DNA of 63,713 nt, filler included, from Globobulimina sp. (lineage: Eukaryota): NCBI GenBank assembly GCA_003354225.1. It is 44 parts of 44 records of this genome, joined end to end, with 100 filler letters (N's around TTAATTAATTAA, not from the genome) between each part and the next. Parts side by side here need not be neighbours in the genome. Positions count along the whole stretch, not along the records: positions 1 to 1,352 come from PIVH01018130.1; positions 1,453 to 2,804 come from PIVH01018131.1; positions 2,905 to 4,256 come from PIVH01018132.1; positions 4,357 to 5,708 come from PIVH01018133.1; positions 5,809 to 7,160 come from PIVH01018134.1; positions 7,261 to 8,612 come from PIVH01018135.1; positions 8,713 to 10,063 come from PIVH01018136.1; positions 10,164 to 11,514 come from PIVH01018137.1; 36 more parts are not named here. One strand, given 5' to 3'. The notes under the pieces are model-generated. The model made no database searches and had not been told where the DNA came from. It was given only the letters and a program-made list of their open reading frames with translations. Below are positions 1 through 11,679 of the stretch, piece by piece. Position 1 is the stretch's first letter; each line of letters starts with the position of its first letter. The position numbers and the translations under genes are program-made.

Positions 1-589
1 ACGATGTTTTTGGCCGTTATCACTTCGGTCTTATTGTCGGAGCTGGTGACCTCAATGGTGTTTTTCGCAGTGATTTTGCCGTAGCCCTTGGTGTAGCTTA
101 CTTTGTTTTTTTTGAATAAACCCTCGATGCCTTTGGTCAGCCCGTTGACGGAGTCGTGTTTGGTCTGCATCAATGTGGCGAGATCCAAGGAGACGTTGTC
201 GATCATGATGCCTCGTTTGGCGAAGTCGTGCTGTGCGGAATGGTATAAATGGGTGTTATGTAAGAGGGCTTTGGATGGGATGCAGCCTACGTTTAAACAA
301 GTGCCGCCTAAGCTTCCTCGTCCTTCTATGCACGCCGTTTTTAATCCTAATTGCGCTGCTTTGATGGCACATGCATAGCCTGAGGTTGATTGCAATTGTG
401 TTGGTTGCTTTCTATGTTTGTGGTGTTTGTCAATGCAAAGAGTTATTATATACCTCCGGGACCACCGCCAATGACTGCGACGTCCAGTTGTTCGTTACTG
501 AAATGTCTTTGGGGTCTGTATGTTAATGGTCTGTATGTTAATGATCTGGGATAGCTATGATGGATTCGTCGTGTGCACCGATGGAACAT
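1..589 (-). CDS. DLD: Mitochondrial dihydrolipoamide dehydrogenase (E3), 5' part, 2 exons
   Basis: Manual translation: Arg-rich presequence [11 protein letters not shown]..., then [10 protein letters not shown], a GT-AG intron at 453..380, then [40 protein letters not shown] (redox CLNVGC motif). Not in the ORF track. Confidence 0.96.
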
Positions 590-633
590 GATTATTATAA
601 GTTAAACCCGTACCTTGAAAAACTTTAATAATA

Positions 634-1300
634 ATGTCAGAAGACTCAAATAATTCACAAAATGATAAGTTAGCAGAAACATTAGCGGCCATTAACCAAA
701 TGGAACAAAATTTTCAAAATATAAAAGATGGATTTTCACAAAATATACAGCAAATAGCCACCCAATTTGCTGTAAATGCACTGGTTGATAGTACATATCA
801 ATCTGCATTAACTCAACAAAACTATGATAATGATCCCGATCTGAATAATCCCCAACAAAACTATAATAATAATGATAAAAACAACAAACATAACAACAAT
901 TTATCAACAAATTATAAATGCAATATTGGTGATTGTATTGAGTATAAATATATTGGTAAATATAACAACATGCATATGACTGATGAATGGTATCATGGAA
1001 CTGGGAGGATTTTGAATGTCTGTAATGAAGATGTGATTAAAATTAAACTCAAATATGGTCAGATTGCATTTAAATCGAACCAGATAGAAATAAAAAAAAT
1101 GGATGAGATGCTTTTTGTTTATGGAACAGCAAAAAAATGATTGGTTCCAAAGAAATGTTATTGCAGATAGAAAGTCCAAAGTGCAAATCACTTTTATTTA
1201 TCATCTTGCTTCAGATGCATGGCACATAACGTCCTTCAAAACACTAAGAAATCAATTAAAGATTTCACCTAATACACAAGCAAGAAACACTAATAAATAG
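634..1300 (+). CDS. Asn-rich hypothetical protein, possibly frameshifted near 1131-1140
   Basis: The 168-aa ORF stops at AAA AAA TGA, and the +1 frame continues as plausible globular sequence (NDWFQRNVI...) to 1300. Confidence 0.5.
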
Positions 1301-1352
1301 TATAAACAAACAAGGATACAGGCCCTTTTATTTGGGGGCGAAACCAATGAAC

Positions 1353-1452
1353 NNNNNNNNNNNNNNNNNNNNNNNNNNNNNNNNNNNNNNNNNNNNTTAA
1401 TTAATTAANNNNNNNNNNNNNNNNNNNNNNNNNNNNNNNNNNNNNNNNNNNN
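1353..1452. other. Artificial contig-joining spacer (first of 43)
   Basis: 44 N + TTAATTAATTAA (stops in all six frames) + 44 N recurs about every 1450 nt, and contig length falls steadily from 1352 to 1349 bp. Confidence 0.99.
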
Positions 1453-2421
1453 ACCCAAACATATTTCCGTTTGATTCGTTTCTTTGCAATTCGTTTACAA
1501 CATAATCTCACAAAAGCATCACATCCGTTACATATCCTATTGTAATATTTATTATTTACTTCAAGCAGTAAATACAAACAAATACTATTTATAACACAAT
1601 CAATTGGAATTAACCACCAATACATTGCATATATTACATTATAAACATCAGACATTCCTAGGTATTGTGCACTCAATGCAACTGTATATAAAAATATATT
1701 CGTTTGCGTTGATAATGTTGCAAATGATGTTAATACAAAGAATCTTGTGATTATATTTAATAATAATATTTGTTGATCAGTTAAAATCGCAATTTCATTA
1801 TCCACAAATACATGCGATTTATTATCATTAATATCTGTTGTAACTGTCAATAATTTTCGAATGAAAATAGTAATTAAAAATACTGTAATTAAAAAATCTA
1901 TTAATTCTGTACCAAATGAATATATTACCCCAGCATAATTAATATGGTCCTTCAATTTGTTTACAAAACATTTACAAAAACTGCAATCGCATTATATACT
2001 GAAAAGTGTTTCTGTTCGAATCAGTCTTAGTAAATGTGCTGCGTTATACCTTTGCTATACTAATTTCGTTGTGGTCATAATAATATTGTGCCTCCATAAA
2101 ATTGGCAATCATACCGACAAAGCCACATAAAAGGAACATTGTTAATAAAGTATCAAAGAACATGTAAACGTATCTAGATAATGCATATTTAGTTGAAGTA
2201 AATGCAAAATATATCCTGTGAATAAAGAGCCAATATATTAGGACATGGCCAATTGTGTATAATAACAAATACGTATCAAATAATATCAGCATTAGTATCC
2301 AATTTGATTCAGTAATGTATAATATGTTACCAACAGCAAATAGTAGCATTGATACAGAGAAGCATAAAATCGATCCATACGTTAAATATAATACCTGTTT
2401 TTCAATTGTTTCTGTATTCAT
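1453..2421 (-). CDS. Multi-pass (7TM GPCR-like) membrane protein, 2 exons
   Basis: A phase-0 GT-AG intron at 2049..1950 joins two hydrophobic ORFs into about 7 TM segments. The C-tail IDCVINSICLYL...ICNGCD...LCCKR resembles a TM7/helix-8 region. Confidence 0.7.
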
Positions 2422-3112
2422 GAGTTTGGTTCTCACCACAGATCAAAGACCCCGTCATCTGGAGCATATGTTCCCGCATCTGCCTCATATAACTACTGTA
2501 CATGCTTTAGTATCGTATTATCTCGCCCCAGACTCGCAATGACTGTCTGTAGACATTTTGACTCATGTTGCTGGTAAATTCTGAGAGGACAGCTCAGATA
2601 TTTATGTTTCCCTGCTGCCGATCAACCTTCCATGAGAGTACGTGTTATGAGCCAGACAAAGCCAAATGTCTACATATCTGAGAACTAGTCCTAGGCTATT
2701 TTATTTTATTGCGAGTGTTGTTATCAACAGAGAGGGAAAAACAAATTAATATCTAAATCCTAGCAGAGGAATTTTTGGCTAAGTTGGCTGATGTTTCTAA
2801 ACAANNNNNNNNNNNNNNNNNNNNNNNNNNNNNNNNNNNNNNNNNNNNTTAATTAATTAANNNNNNNNNNNNNNNNNNNNNNNNNNNNNNNNNNNNNNNN
2901 NNNNTTGGATTTCATTTTTTCAGTACTAGTGAATTGATATTGATTCTCCGCTTGTTGGATAGAGCGTATTTGCGTAACAGCAGAGCAGCTGCAATAATGT
3001 TTGAGGAACCAGCATTATGACTCCGCTTTACTGTTAACTGTTGTTTTATGAGTATTCGCATTACCATTATTTTCCAAGCATCGGCCACATAAAAACTATT
3101 AATTGCATATAA

Positions 3113-3287
3113 GGGGTTGTTCTTATATTGCGCAATATAAATTGAGGCCTAGGACCTAGGTACCATGATATTGCAATTAAGGATGCCTAGACATGCGACC
3201 ACTACGCTCCTTTAAACTAGTCTATTGCAATTAAGGATGGCCTAGGTCCTAGGTCCAATTTATATTGCGCAATATAAGAACAACCCC
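3113..3287. mobile_element. PIF/Harbinger (Tourist-like) MITE, 175 bp
   Basis: Perfect 32-bp TIRs GGGGTTGTTCTTATATTGCGCAATATAAATTG, with a TAA TSD at 3110-3112 and 3288-3290. Non-coding. Confidence 0.9.
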
Positions 3288-3377
3288 TAATGTATACAAA
3301 ACATCAGGAACAAAACAGGTTAAATGACAAAAAAGAACGGACTAACATCCTTAAAGTAAAAAAAACGTTGCTTTAGC

Positions 3378-4256
3378 ATGTCAATGATGTCATCAAGAAG
3401 AAGTCAAATGGCTGTTCACTCGTTAAAATCAAACACCAGCATGGTACCATGGGATATCGCACAAAACATGAGGTCATTGCCCGCATTGCCAGTCTCTAAA
3501 CGCAAATTACCAATATTACCTCAATCAAACTCAAGACTCGTATCTGCGTATTCTGATAAATGCGTAGCAAAACAATATATATCTCATCAAAACCATCATA
3601 AAAAAGACGCACGTTTTAGTATAACACTCCGTAATTTTTTTAACAAAGTTCAGCAAAAAATTGGTGGGCCAAAAACGAAATTAACGAAAAGGCTCAGCAA
3701 AAAATTGGTGGCTCAAAAACGAGTTAAAATAATGGAGGATAAGGTCGATGAAAATAATTATTCTTCACACACTCCCATTAAATCCAAATGGCGGCCAAAT
3801 CTAAAATTCATTTGTGACGATGAGGAATTATCAAATAAATTAACTATATTTATGACCAAACAATATAATGAAGAAAACATATTATTTCTTCAATCTGTCA
3901 ACAAATTAAAAAACGATATCGCTTATTTTTTAACCTTTCCTCAGCAAATTAATATCATCAAACGAGAGAAAATTAATATACACATTACAGGCATATACAA
4001 TCAATACATCCTAAACAATGCCAACAAACAAATAAATTTAGCCTCCGAATCGTTCAACAATGTGATGGAAATTCATCAGAGATTCGAACATTTTTCACTC
4101 CATCAAAAAGCGGAAATATTCACCCAATGTTCTGCAGAAATACAACATTTAATACGGACCTCCATTTTGCCCAATTTTTACAGCAGTGTTGAATTTCAAT
4201 CACTTGCAAGATCACGAAATATTTATACCGCCACCAATCAACAATATTTATTTAAT
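3378..4256 (+). CDS. RGS-domain protein (3' truncated)
   Basis: FMTKQYNEENILFLQSV...IYNQYILNNANKQINL...ILPNFYSSVEF matches the RGS fold motifs. Confidence 0.85.
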
Positions 4257-4356
4257 NNNNNNNNNNNNNNNNNNNNNNNNNNNNNNNNNNNNNNNNNNNN
4301 TTAATTAATTAANNNNNNNNNNNNNNNNNNNNNNNNNNNNNNNNNNNNNNNNNNNN

Positions 4357-4917
4357 TTGCTTTTCTTGGTGTTTTTGAAACCAATCTGCTCTCAGTTTGT
4401 GCCACATTATTTGCAGTCGAATGAGTTGATCCACCTAAAAAACCAGAAAATAAATCACCTAAAAAACTGCTTTGTTTTTTGACAGCTTCATCTTGTTTTT
4501 CTTCCTTATTTTGCGACTCTGATGCTTTTGCATTGCTTTTTTTTCCTTTTTTATTTTTATCTTTTTTATGTTTATGTTTTCTTTTTTTCTTTGGTTTGGC
4601 TTTGAATTTTGATTTTTTCGATGATTTTTTCCCATCATTATAATATTCATCATCAGAGATATCTGATCCTGCCTCAGATGCAGATCTATCGTCATACTGT
4701 TTTTATAGATTATTTAGTGTTTTTTTGGGTAAAATGATCGATGTAATTTTTTTCATACCAACTCTTGAATGCCAGTGTTTAAATCTTCTTCGTCGAAAGA
4801 TACCCAATCTTCGCTGTAAATTAAAACACATCATTTTTGTTGCATGCATCTTTTTTTTTGATACAATAATACATACTCGTCACTGTACCACGCAACATTG
4901 GTGACTGCTTGCTTCAT
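4357..4917 (-). CDS. Multi-exon acidic/Lys-rich hypothetical protein, 5' part
   Basis: ATG at 4917 (MKQAVTNVAWYSD), then exons EDWVSFDEEDLNTGIQEL and YDDRSASEAGSD...KKKRKHKHKK separated by short GT..AG introns. Confidence 0.55.
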
Positions 4918-4985
4918 GGTTGTATTGTTAAATTGTTTTTTCTACTTTCAAAAACTGTGAGGTTTATTATATTTTAAGAATTAAA

Positions 4986-5408
4986 ATGGAGCCTTTGGTG
5001 AACTTGAATCAGCAAAATGCGGATGCGAATATAGGAGTTGATGAGCAACAAAGAGATGATATGAATAATGCAGCATATATGCAAACTATATCTGCTCGTA
5101 ATACTGAATCGCATGCCATGTTGGCAATGGAAAATGATCATATTTGTTATATTGATAATTGCAATGATAAAGGACTGCAGCAATGCCCTGGACTGAGAAA
5201 TTTGTGCATGAATTGGATGTGTGAGAATCATGGAGTTATTGCACATAAGCAACATTGGTGTGGAGGTGGTGGATGTGGCTTGGACGTACATGACAAATAT
5301 TGTGAAACTTGCGCTAAAAAAGCAAATAGGGAGTCATGGATGAAGCTAGCGCTTATTCTCAGTGTATTGACTTTTATCGTTGTTATGGTGATCACAACTT
5401 ATGCATAG
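4986..5408 (+). CDS. Small Cys/His-rich tail-anchored protein
   Basis: Complete ORF with a Cys/His cluster (CYIDNC...CETC) followed by a single C-terminal TM helix. Confidence 0.65.
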   Translation: MEPLVNLNQQNADANIGVDEQQRDDMNNAAYMQTISARNTESHAMLAMENDHICYIDNCNDKGLQQCPGLRNLCMNWMCENHGVIAHKQHWCGGGGCGLDVHDKYCETCAKKANRESWMKLALILSVLTFIVVMVITTYA

Positions 5409-6176
5409 CACATACAAGTCGTAGTAGGGCAAAATTCAATCGTATTCAGTCTGATTCCATGCTGGCAGTCAGTTTAAGTAGAGTCATGCAGTCAGCTAGG
5501 TTTTCGATCACAGAAAGCATCAATTAATGTACCGATAAACAGCGAAATGAGCGAATTAATACCGTCAAATTATTTGTTTCTCCTGTATACAGATATGTAA
5601 CTGCAAAGAAAATAGGTCATATAATACAATTGAACCACGCAAAAAGAAACGCACACAAATGAAAAAAAGTTAAGAAGCTATACAACTACTTTCCCTATAG
5701 ATTGGTTGNNNNNNNNNNNNNNNNNNNNNNNNNNNNNNNNNNNNNNNNNNNNTTAATTAATTAANNNNNNNNNNNNNNNNNNNNNNNNNNNNNNNNNNNN
5801 NNNNNNNNTACTCCTGATTTAAGACAACTACCACCATCACTGCAGCTGAATCACTTCAGCATTTTCCACTTTTGATTTATTTTTGCGATGTTTACCAACT
5901 GTGTCAGATCTATTTCTATTTCTATTTGTGTTGGGTTTGATCCTCAAACTCATCCATTTCCATAAAATTCAAATCCATTGCACGATGTCCCAGATTGATC
6001 CAGTGCTCGAACCTGTATCTTCTGGATTGATCCAGTGCTCTGTTTGAGCTAAGCGACCGTTTTTGTTGCATTGGTCATTATCTATAATTATAACGAAACT
6101 AAATTATTAATCCGAAAAGTTAACATACTCTTTGATCATCTTTTTCTTTTCTACTTAAGTTTTCAACTAAGGAACC

Positions 6177-7133
6177 ATGGAACAATTAATTAGGTTTCGG
6201 TTACTCGCGGATTCATTATTACAAAATGAGTTTGATTTATTTATTAAAACATCACATTTGGACACAAGAAGAATTGTTTTAAAAGCATTATTTCATTCTT
6301 TCCACGCACAAATGAAAACCGATGCAAATAATACGAACTTAACAGAAAGCATAGAAATTATGTCAACAATAATCCGATCAAGAAATGCCAAACAATTAAA
6401 AGAAATTGAATCTAAGAAAGAGCCAACAAAATTATCATTAAATGATTTACCATTCGCACTTATTGGTGAATGTGCCTCTTATTTACCATTTATTGATTAT
6501 AATTCATTACAAAATGTATCAAGACCTGTATTCATTGGATGTAATGATCCAAATACGGTCATAAGGTTTATCTTTTTTTGACTCTTTTGTCGATCCAGCT
6601 AACAATTTGTTGCATTATTTTAGTGATAAATTATTATCATTACATTTTTGGGACGGTATTAAATGTCCAAAAAACGGATTTATTAATTTAAAAGAAGTGT
6701 GTATTTCCGATGTAAATTATAACAGTATAAGTAATACAATAAAGACTGCAAAAAAATTAGAAAGAATACATTTAGAATTTGATAGTGATGCAATACATTC
6801 GATATTTCAAAATAACAAATTTGAAGATATTTTAATAGAATTATTAAGTCAAAATACATTGGAATTCATTTCAATTAAAATTTATGACTTCGGTGGAGAG
6901 ATAGAGCCAATTAAAGAATTCAAAGAGAGTGAAAATGCAAATGATTATTTGATATTTTAGAACGTAAAGTTAGTAAAAATGGTGTTATCGATGATTGGAT
7001 GATAATATTTATTGGAGGCAAAGTGCAATTATTTAAAACTAATGAAAAATGTAAAATTAATGGTTGGAGAGAGAGATGGTTATATTGTTGTGATTATTGT
7101 GATTGTAATACATTTAATTTGACACCTCTTTAA
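6177..7133 (+). pseudogene. F-box-like protein broken by two frameshifts
   Basis: F-box-like LNDLPFALIGECASYL in 6177-6581. The frame resumes at 6580, and again near 6951 (...KCKINGWRERWLYCC, stop at 7133). Confidence 0.55.
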
Positions 7134-7731
7134 TTATTAATAATTCTTCAAAACTTTAAANNNNNNNNNNNNNNNNNNNNNNNNNNNNNNNNNNNNNNNN
7201 NNNNTTAATTAATTAANNNNNNNNNNNNNNNNNNNNNNNNNNNNNNNNNNNNNNNNNNNNGTGTGTGGTGATGAGTTAGATGCTGCTGGTATGTGATAGC
7301 CTTTTTTATGCAAAATATAAGATATTATTGTTATTTGTTTTTGTAAATACTAGAGATCGAGTCTTAATGTAATTTATTTTGCGTGTTATTAACGTTGGAT
7401 TTATTACATATGTTCGTCATTAGATTGAGAAATCACACTAAATATTAGCATTTAATTAAACCAGAGACGAAAATAAATCGATGAATACCTGATAAGTAAA
7501 TGATTGATACAACGAATATACAATTCTTGAAATAACAATTTTTCTGTATGATATTTGTAAATATATACCAGTAACAACAATGTATTCAATATACCATACC
7601 GTGCAGCTAGCTGTGTGTTGCTCAAATGCAGACACTCTGATTGGACATTAACAACGACTGATAACACACTATACGCACTAAGTTAATTTACGTCTCCTTG
7701 CACACTAACATTCACTTCCAAATTAAATAAT

Positions 7732-8538
7732 TCACCAATAAAGAATGATAAATATTAACAGCATAATCATGCAAGACAATATCATGATTACTTTACAAGG
7801 ATTAAGTCCACTTTTTTTCATGATCTGAGTCAGCTGTTGTTCCACACGCTTCATTCTATCACGCGTATACTCAGCTTGTTGAGTCGTTTCCTGTATCAAC
7901 TCATCTTGTTCGCCAATCTCATTTCCGATGTCTTGGCTCATCACATTTAAGCGTTCCAAGACTGTCTTCATATCATCCAATACTTCATCTTGTTCCTTAT
8001 TCTCATATTGGATTTGCGTCAGTAAATTATTGTGGCTGTTATGACCGCTATTGTTGGTAATATGGTTCCTATTCATTGTTTTTATGGAATTTATCTCGTT
8101 CCGAAATTCATTAATATTAGAACTCGTTTTTGCAAATTTATTATTGACTGTATCCCGAAATGAAGTCTTATTTATGTTGGCATTGCGTTGTGACAATGGA
8201 TGGCTTGGATTGCTGATGTTTGGTGCTTTGTTTTTTTTAGATAATAAAGGCTTAAAGTCCTCCAATTGAGCCACTTCCAAATTCGAGGATGAACTGTTTG
8301 TATCTGTTGAATCGCATTTGTTTATTTGTGACTTAGACCGTGAATATGAAGAATATGTATGTTCGTCGCCTGATGAACTGGATTCGAATATTGTTTTTTT
8401 AGATATTTGAATAGAGAGTTTTTTTTTATTTCTCTTTTTGTGTTTGTTTGGTGGTGCGATTGAAGTTGATTTAGGTTTAATGTCTGTCCTTTTTTGTTTG
8501 TTTTGATGTGGATTCTATTGGTGATGTGGTGATTTCAT
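7732..8538 (-). CDS. Qc-SNARE (syntaxin-6/8-like)
   Basis: SNARE motif EQDEVLDDMKTVLERLNVMSQDIGNEIGEQDELI plus a C-terminal TM. The frame is open up to an in-frame TAG at 8517-8515, 7 codons after the ATG at 8538. Confidence 0.85.
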
Positions 8539-9609
8539 GTCAACCAAACTTAGATGATGAGAAGAGCCCAAAAGGATCCATTTCTTTCCAGTAAAGTACA
8601 ATATTTTAATTTNNNNNNNNNNNNNNNNNNNNNNNNNNNNNNNNNNNNNNNNNNNNTTAATTAATTAANNNNNNNNNNNNNNNNNNNNNNNNNNNNNNNN
8701 NNNNNNNNNNNNGGATGAAAAATTATGGTGCTATACCTTTATGGAAAAATAGATGTTTTAAAGCCTGTTATATAGAACCACCATTATTTGTAAAAAATCC
8801 ATTTATGATCTTGAAAGAATTTATGTAAAAATAGAGGAAATAAGCCTTATTTAACAAACAATATTGTGCGACGATTGCTATATTGATGAAGTTATGCCGA
8901 AGATGCCAAAGTCACATTATGATAACGATGCTGAATTCATGCAAAGACTGAAAGATTCATATTCAGTGCGTAAACAGCAATATCATTAATTTTATATCAT
9001 GCTTTCCGAAGCTGTTGGCAAACCAGATTTTTTATATTTTGTGACTTGGCCGGCCGTATCATAAAAGGACATTTCCCGCTAATCCCGCTGCACGCCATTC
9101 CCGCCGGTGATGGCCACGTTCAGATCACCAAAACATATCACAAAAACACTCGAAGTCCCCACCACCTGCAAATTATCATCTAATCACAGGTCGATGATAA
9201 GATACTCGGACTACAGACTACTTTAATCTATCCGTAGTTACCGAAAACCACAGATTATATTAAAAAAAACAATTTATCTGAATTGGAAATATACCATATA
9301 ACGTACCATATTATGCTTATAACATGACGCCATATAATAAGGTGAATCTATATAGAAAAATGTTTCAGATCGGTCAAATATTTGAACTAACTTTTGCCAG
9401 GGAAGATTTTCGATAGTTACACAGGTCATTCGGATATATGATGGTTCCATTCCGTTATGACAAAGGTTTGCGAAAGAAACTCCCCGACTGCTGAAATATT
9501 TATGGGATCAGGATGAATTGTCAACCTCAAAAGATAATATATTTATAGTATGTTATGCTTTCACCGAGATTTTATGAAAATCAATTCTTCAAAAAAATCA
9601 ACATGAGTA

Positions 9610-9668
9610 TTGACAATAACAAACAAGTGTCTATATATATGAACATATGTTCATATATAACAAGGGAG
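9610..9668 (+). promoter_or_regulatory. Sigma70-type promoter with SmtB/ArsR 12-2-12 operator and RBS
   Basis: TTGACA at 9610-9615. Perfect palindrome TATATATGAACA-TA-TGTTCATATATA at 9634-9659 overlaps the -10 region. AAGGGAG at 9662-9668 precedes ATG 9674. Confidence 0.9.
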
Positions 9669-9673
9669 TAAAA

Positions 9674-10057
9674 ATGGATTCTGAAAAACAGTCGCAGATT
9701 AAAAATGAAGATTTATGTGATGTGCGTGTCATCCATATGGAAAAAATCGCTCAGGCAAAGGCTGAAGCTGTGCCGGACAGGGAGCTTGAGCGAATGGCAA
9801 TGACATATAAAATACTGGGCGATCCCACACGATTGAGAATACTCATGGCGCTTAAGAACAATGAAATGTGTGTATGTGACCTGGCGGCATTCACAGGCTC
9901 AACCGGGTCTGCGGTGTCTCATCAGTTACGGCGTTTGAGAGATCTTTCCATTGTAAAAAAACGAAGAGAGGGCCAGATTCTGTACTATTCACTGGATGAC
10001 AAACATGTGGAAGAGATAGTGGAAATTGGCATGATGCATGCGGAAGAAAGCACTTGA
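9674..10057 (+). CDS. Bacterial ArsR/SmtB metalloregulator (ZiaR/SmtB/CadC-like)
   Basis: LGDPTRLRIL, alpha3 EMCVCDLA, SAVSHQLRRLR, and alpha5 site D-x-H-x10-H-x2-E (DKHVEEIVEIGMMHAEE). Has an RBS and no introns. Confidence 0.95.
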   Translation: MDSEKQSQIKNEDLCDVRVIHMEKIAQAKAEAVPDRELERMAMTYKILGDPTRLRILMALKNNEMCVCDLAAFTGSTGSAVSHQLRRLRDLSIVKKRREGQILYYSLDDKHVEEIVEIGMMHAEEST

Positions 10058-10475
10058 TGATAANNNNNNNNNNNNNNNNNNNNNNNNNNNNNNNNNNNNN
10101 NNNNNNNTTAATTAATTAANNNNNNNNNNNNNNNNNNNNNNNNNNNNNNNNNNNNNNNNNNNNAAGTTAAAAGTTTTTTCTGTACTTTGACTAGTTATTA
10201 TGGATGATGGTTTATTCAAGAAATTCGGACATCTCGCGGGGGTTCAGAATGGGGGCTGCATAGCTCCCCTCGATAATATTGTGTTGTTAATGTTGTTGGA
10301 TTTATGCGGATCTGAACGATTAAAAACATCAGACGCTACATGTGATAATAGTGTATTACAAAAATTACAAAACAAAGACAAATTTGTACCGTACAGAAAT
10401 TATAGTAGTCAAAATAAAAGTTTTTTATAGGCGTTTTTTGGAATAAAAAACCTAAAACAAAGAAAAACAAATAAA

Positions 10476-11514
10476 ATGTTCAGAACTTTCAGAAAGTTTC
10501 AGCCTAAAACAGTGCATGGTTGCTTGTGTAAAACATTTGTAACAACTTCTGATATAAAGCTAGCCAAATCGCATGGTGATTTATATAAAGCCGAGAAATT
10601 GTACAACCAAATGGTGCTTCAACATAAACATAAACATACAAATGGAATTGATAAATTTACACTTAATTGTATGATATCAGTGTATGGCGGACAAAGGAAA
10701 ATAAAAGACGCATTCTCAATATTTAATAACATGACAAAACCAGATGCGATATCATTTTCAAGTATATTTCATGCATGCATCGAATGTAAATATTATGCCA
10801 TATCTCAAAATGATAGAAAACTAATCCATTATATTGATACTATGTCATGGGATATATTTGCAAATCATTTTATATCAAATAAAAATAATAAATTATTATT
10901 AATTGATTGCATACAAAATAAAATTACAATGTCTGCTATGTTTGATCTGTTTATTAATAACAAAAATGAAACAATAAAAAAAATAAAATTTGAAGAAATG
11001 ATATTGAAAACAAAAAGTGATTTATTATCATATTACCCATTGCCCATTGCATCATTTTTAATCCATGAAAAACAAAATCAAAATAATAATAAAAATGATC
11101 ATAAATTGAATGAATATTTGTTGATACATACAAGCAATAAACAATACATTGGAATAAATGACAAATTGTCGGAAAAATTAAATGCAACTTTAAATTTTAA
11201 ACAAAAACATTTTAATTCTGCATTGGAAAGAGCATTAATTACATTTCTAACAAATTATAAATCAGCAGATTATTATGCTATTTATCTAAACCATTCATTA
11301 TCTCATTTGACTGAGTGGCAATTCCAATTGGATGCGCTTAAAAAGATATCCATGCAAAATGAGTGTACTATTTATATCATTGATGGCAATAACTTAATTT
11401 ATCAATTTTCGAATGGACTTTGCATGAATAAAATGAATGAAAATGAAAATGAAAATAAAAATAAAAATAAAAATAAGTGTTATGAGACATTGAAATTGAA
11501 ATTGAAATCAGAGA
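10476..11514 (+). CDS. PPR protein with degenerate DYW-like C-terminal domain, probably mitochondrial
   Basis: Presequence-like MFRTFRKF, PPR motifs FTLNCMISVYG...AFSIFNNMTKPDAISFSSIFHAC, and a C-terminal ALKKISMQNECTIYIIDGNNLIYQFSNGLC resembling the DYW tail. Confidence 0.75.
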
Positions 11515-11679
11515 NNNNNNNNNNNNNNNNNNNNNNNNNNNNNNNNNNNNNNNNNNNNTTAATTAATTAANNNNNNNNNNNNNNNNNNNNNNNNNNNNNN
11601 NNNNNNNNNNNNNNTAACGGAGAGGTGTTTTTAGACCTTAAACTAAAAAGAGGAACTGCAACGACTTTGTTTAGATATA

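Noticed and set aside
103..378. 91-aa plus-strand ORF
   Set aside because: It is the antisense shadow of the DLD exon.
9075..9125. GC-rich stretch resembling half of an integron attC site
   Set aside because: No complementary arm or matching core site was found, and there is no cassette ORF or integrase.
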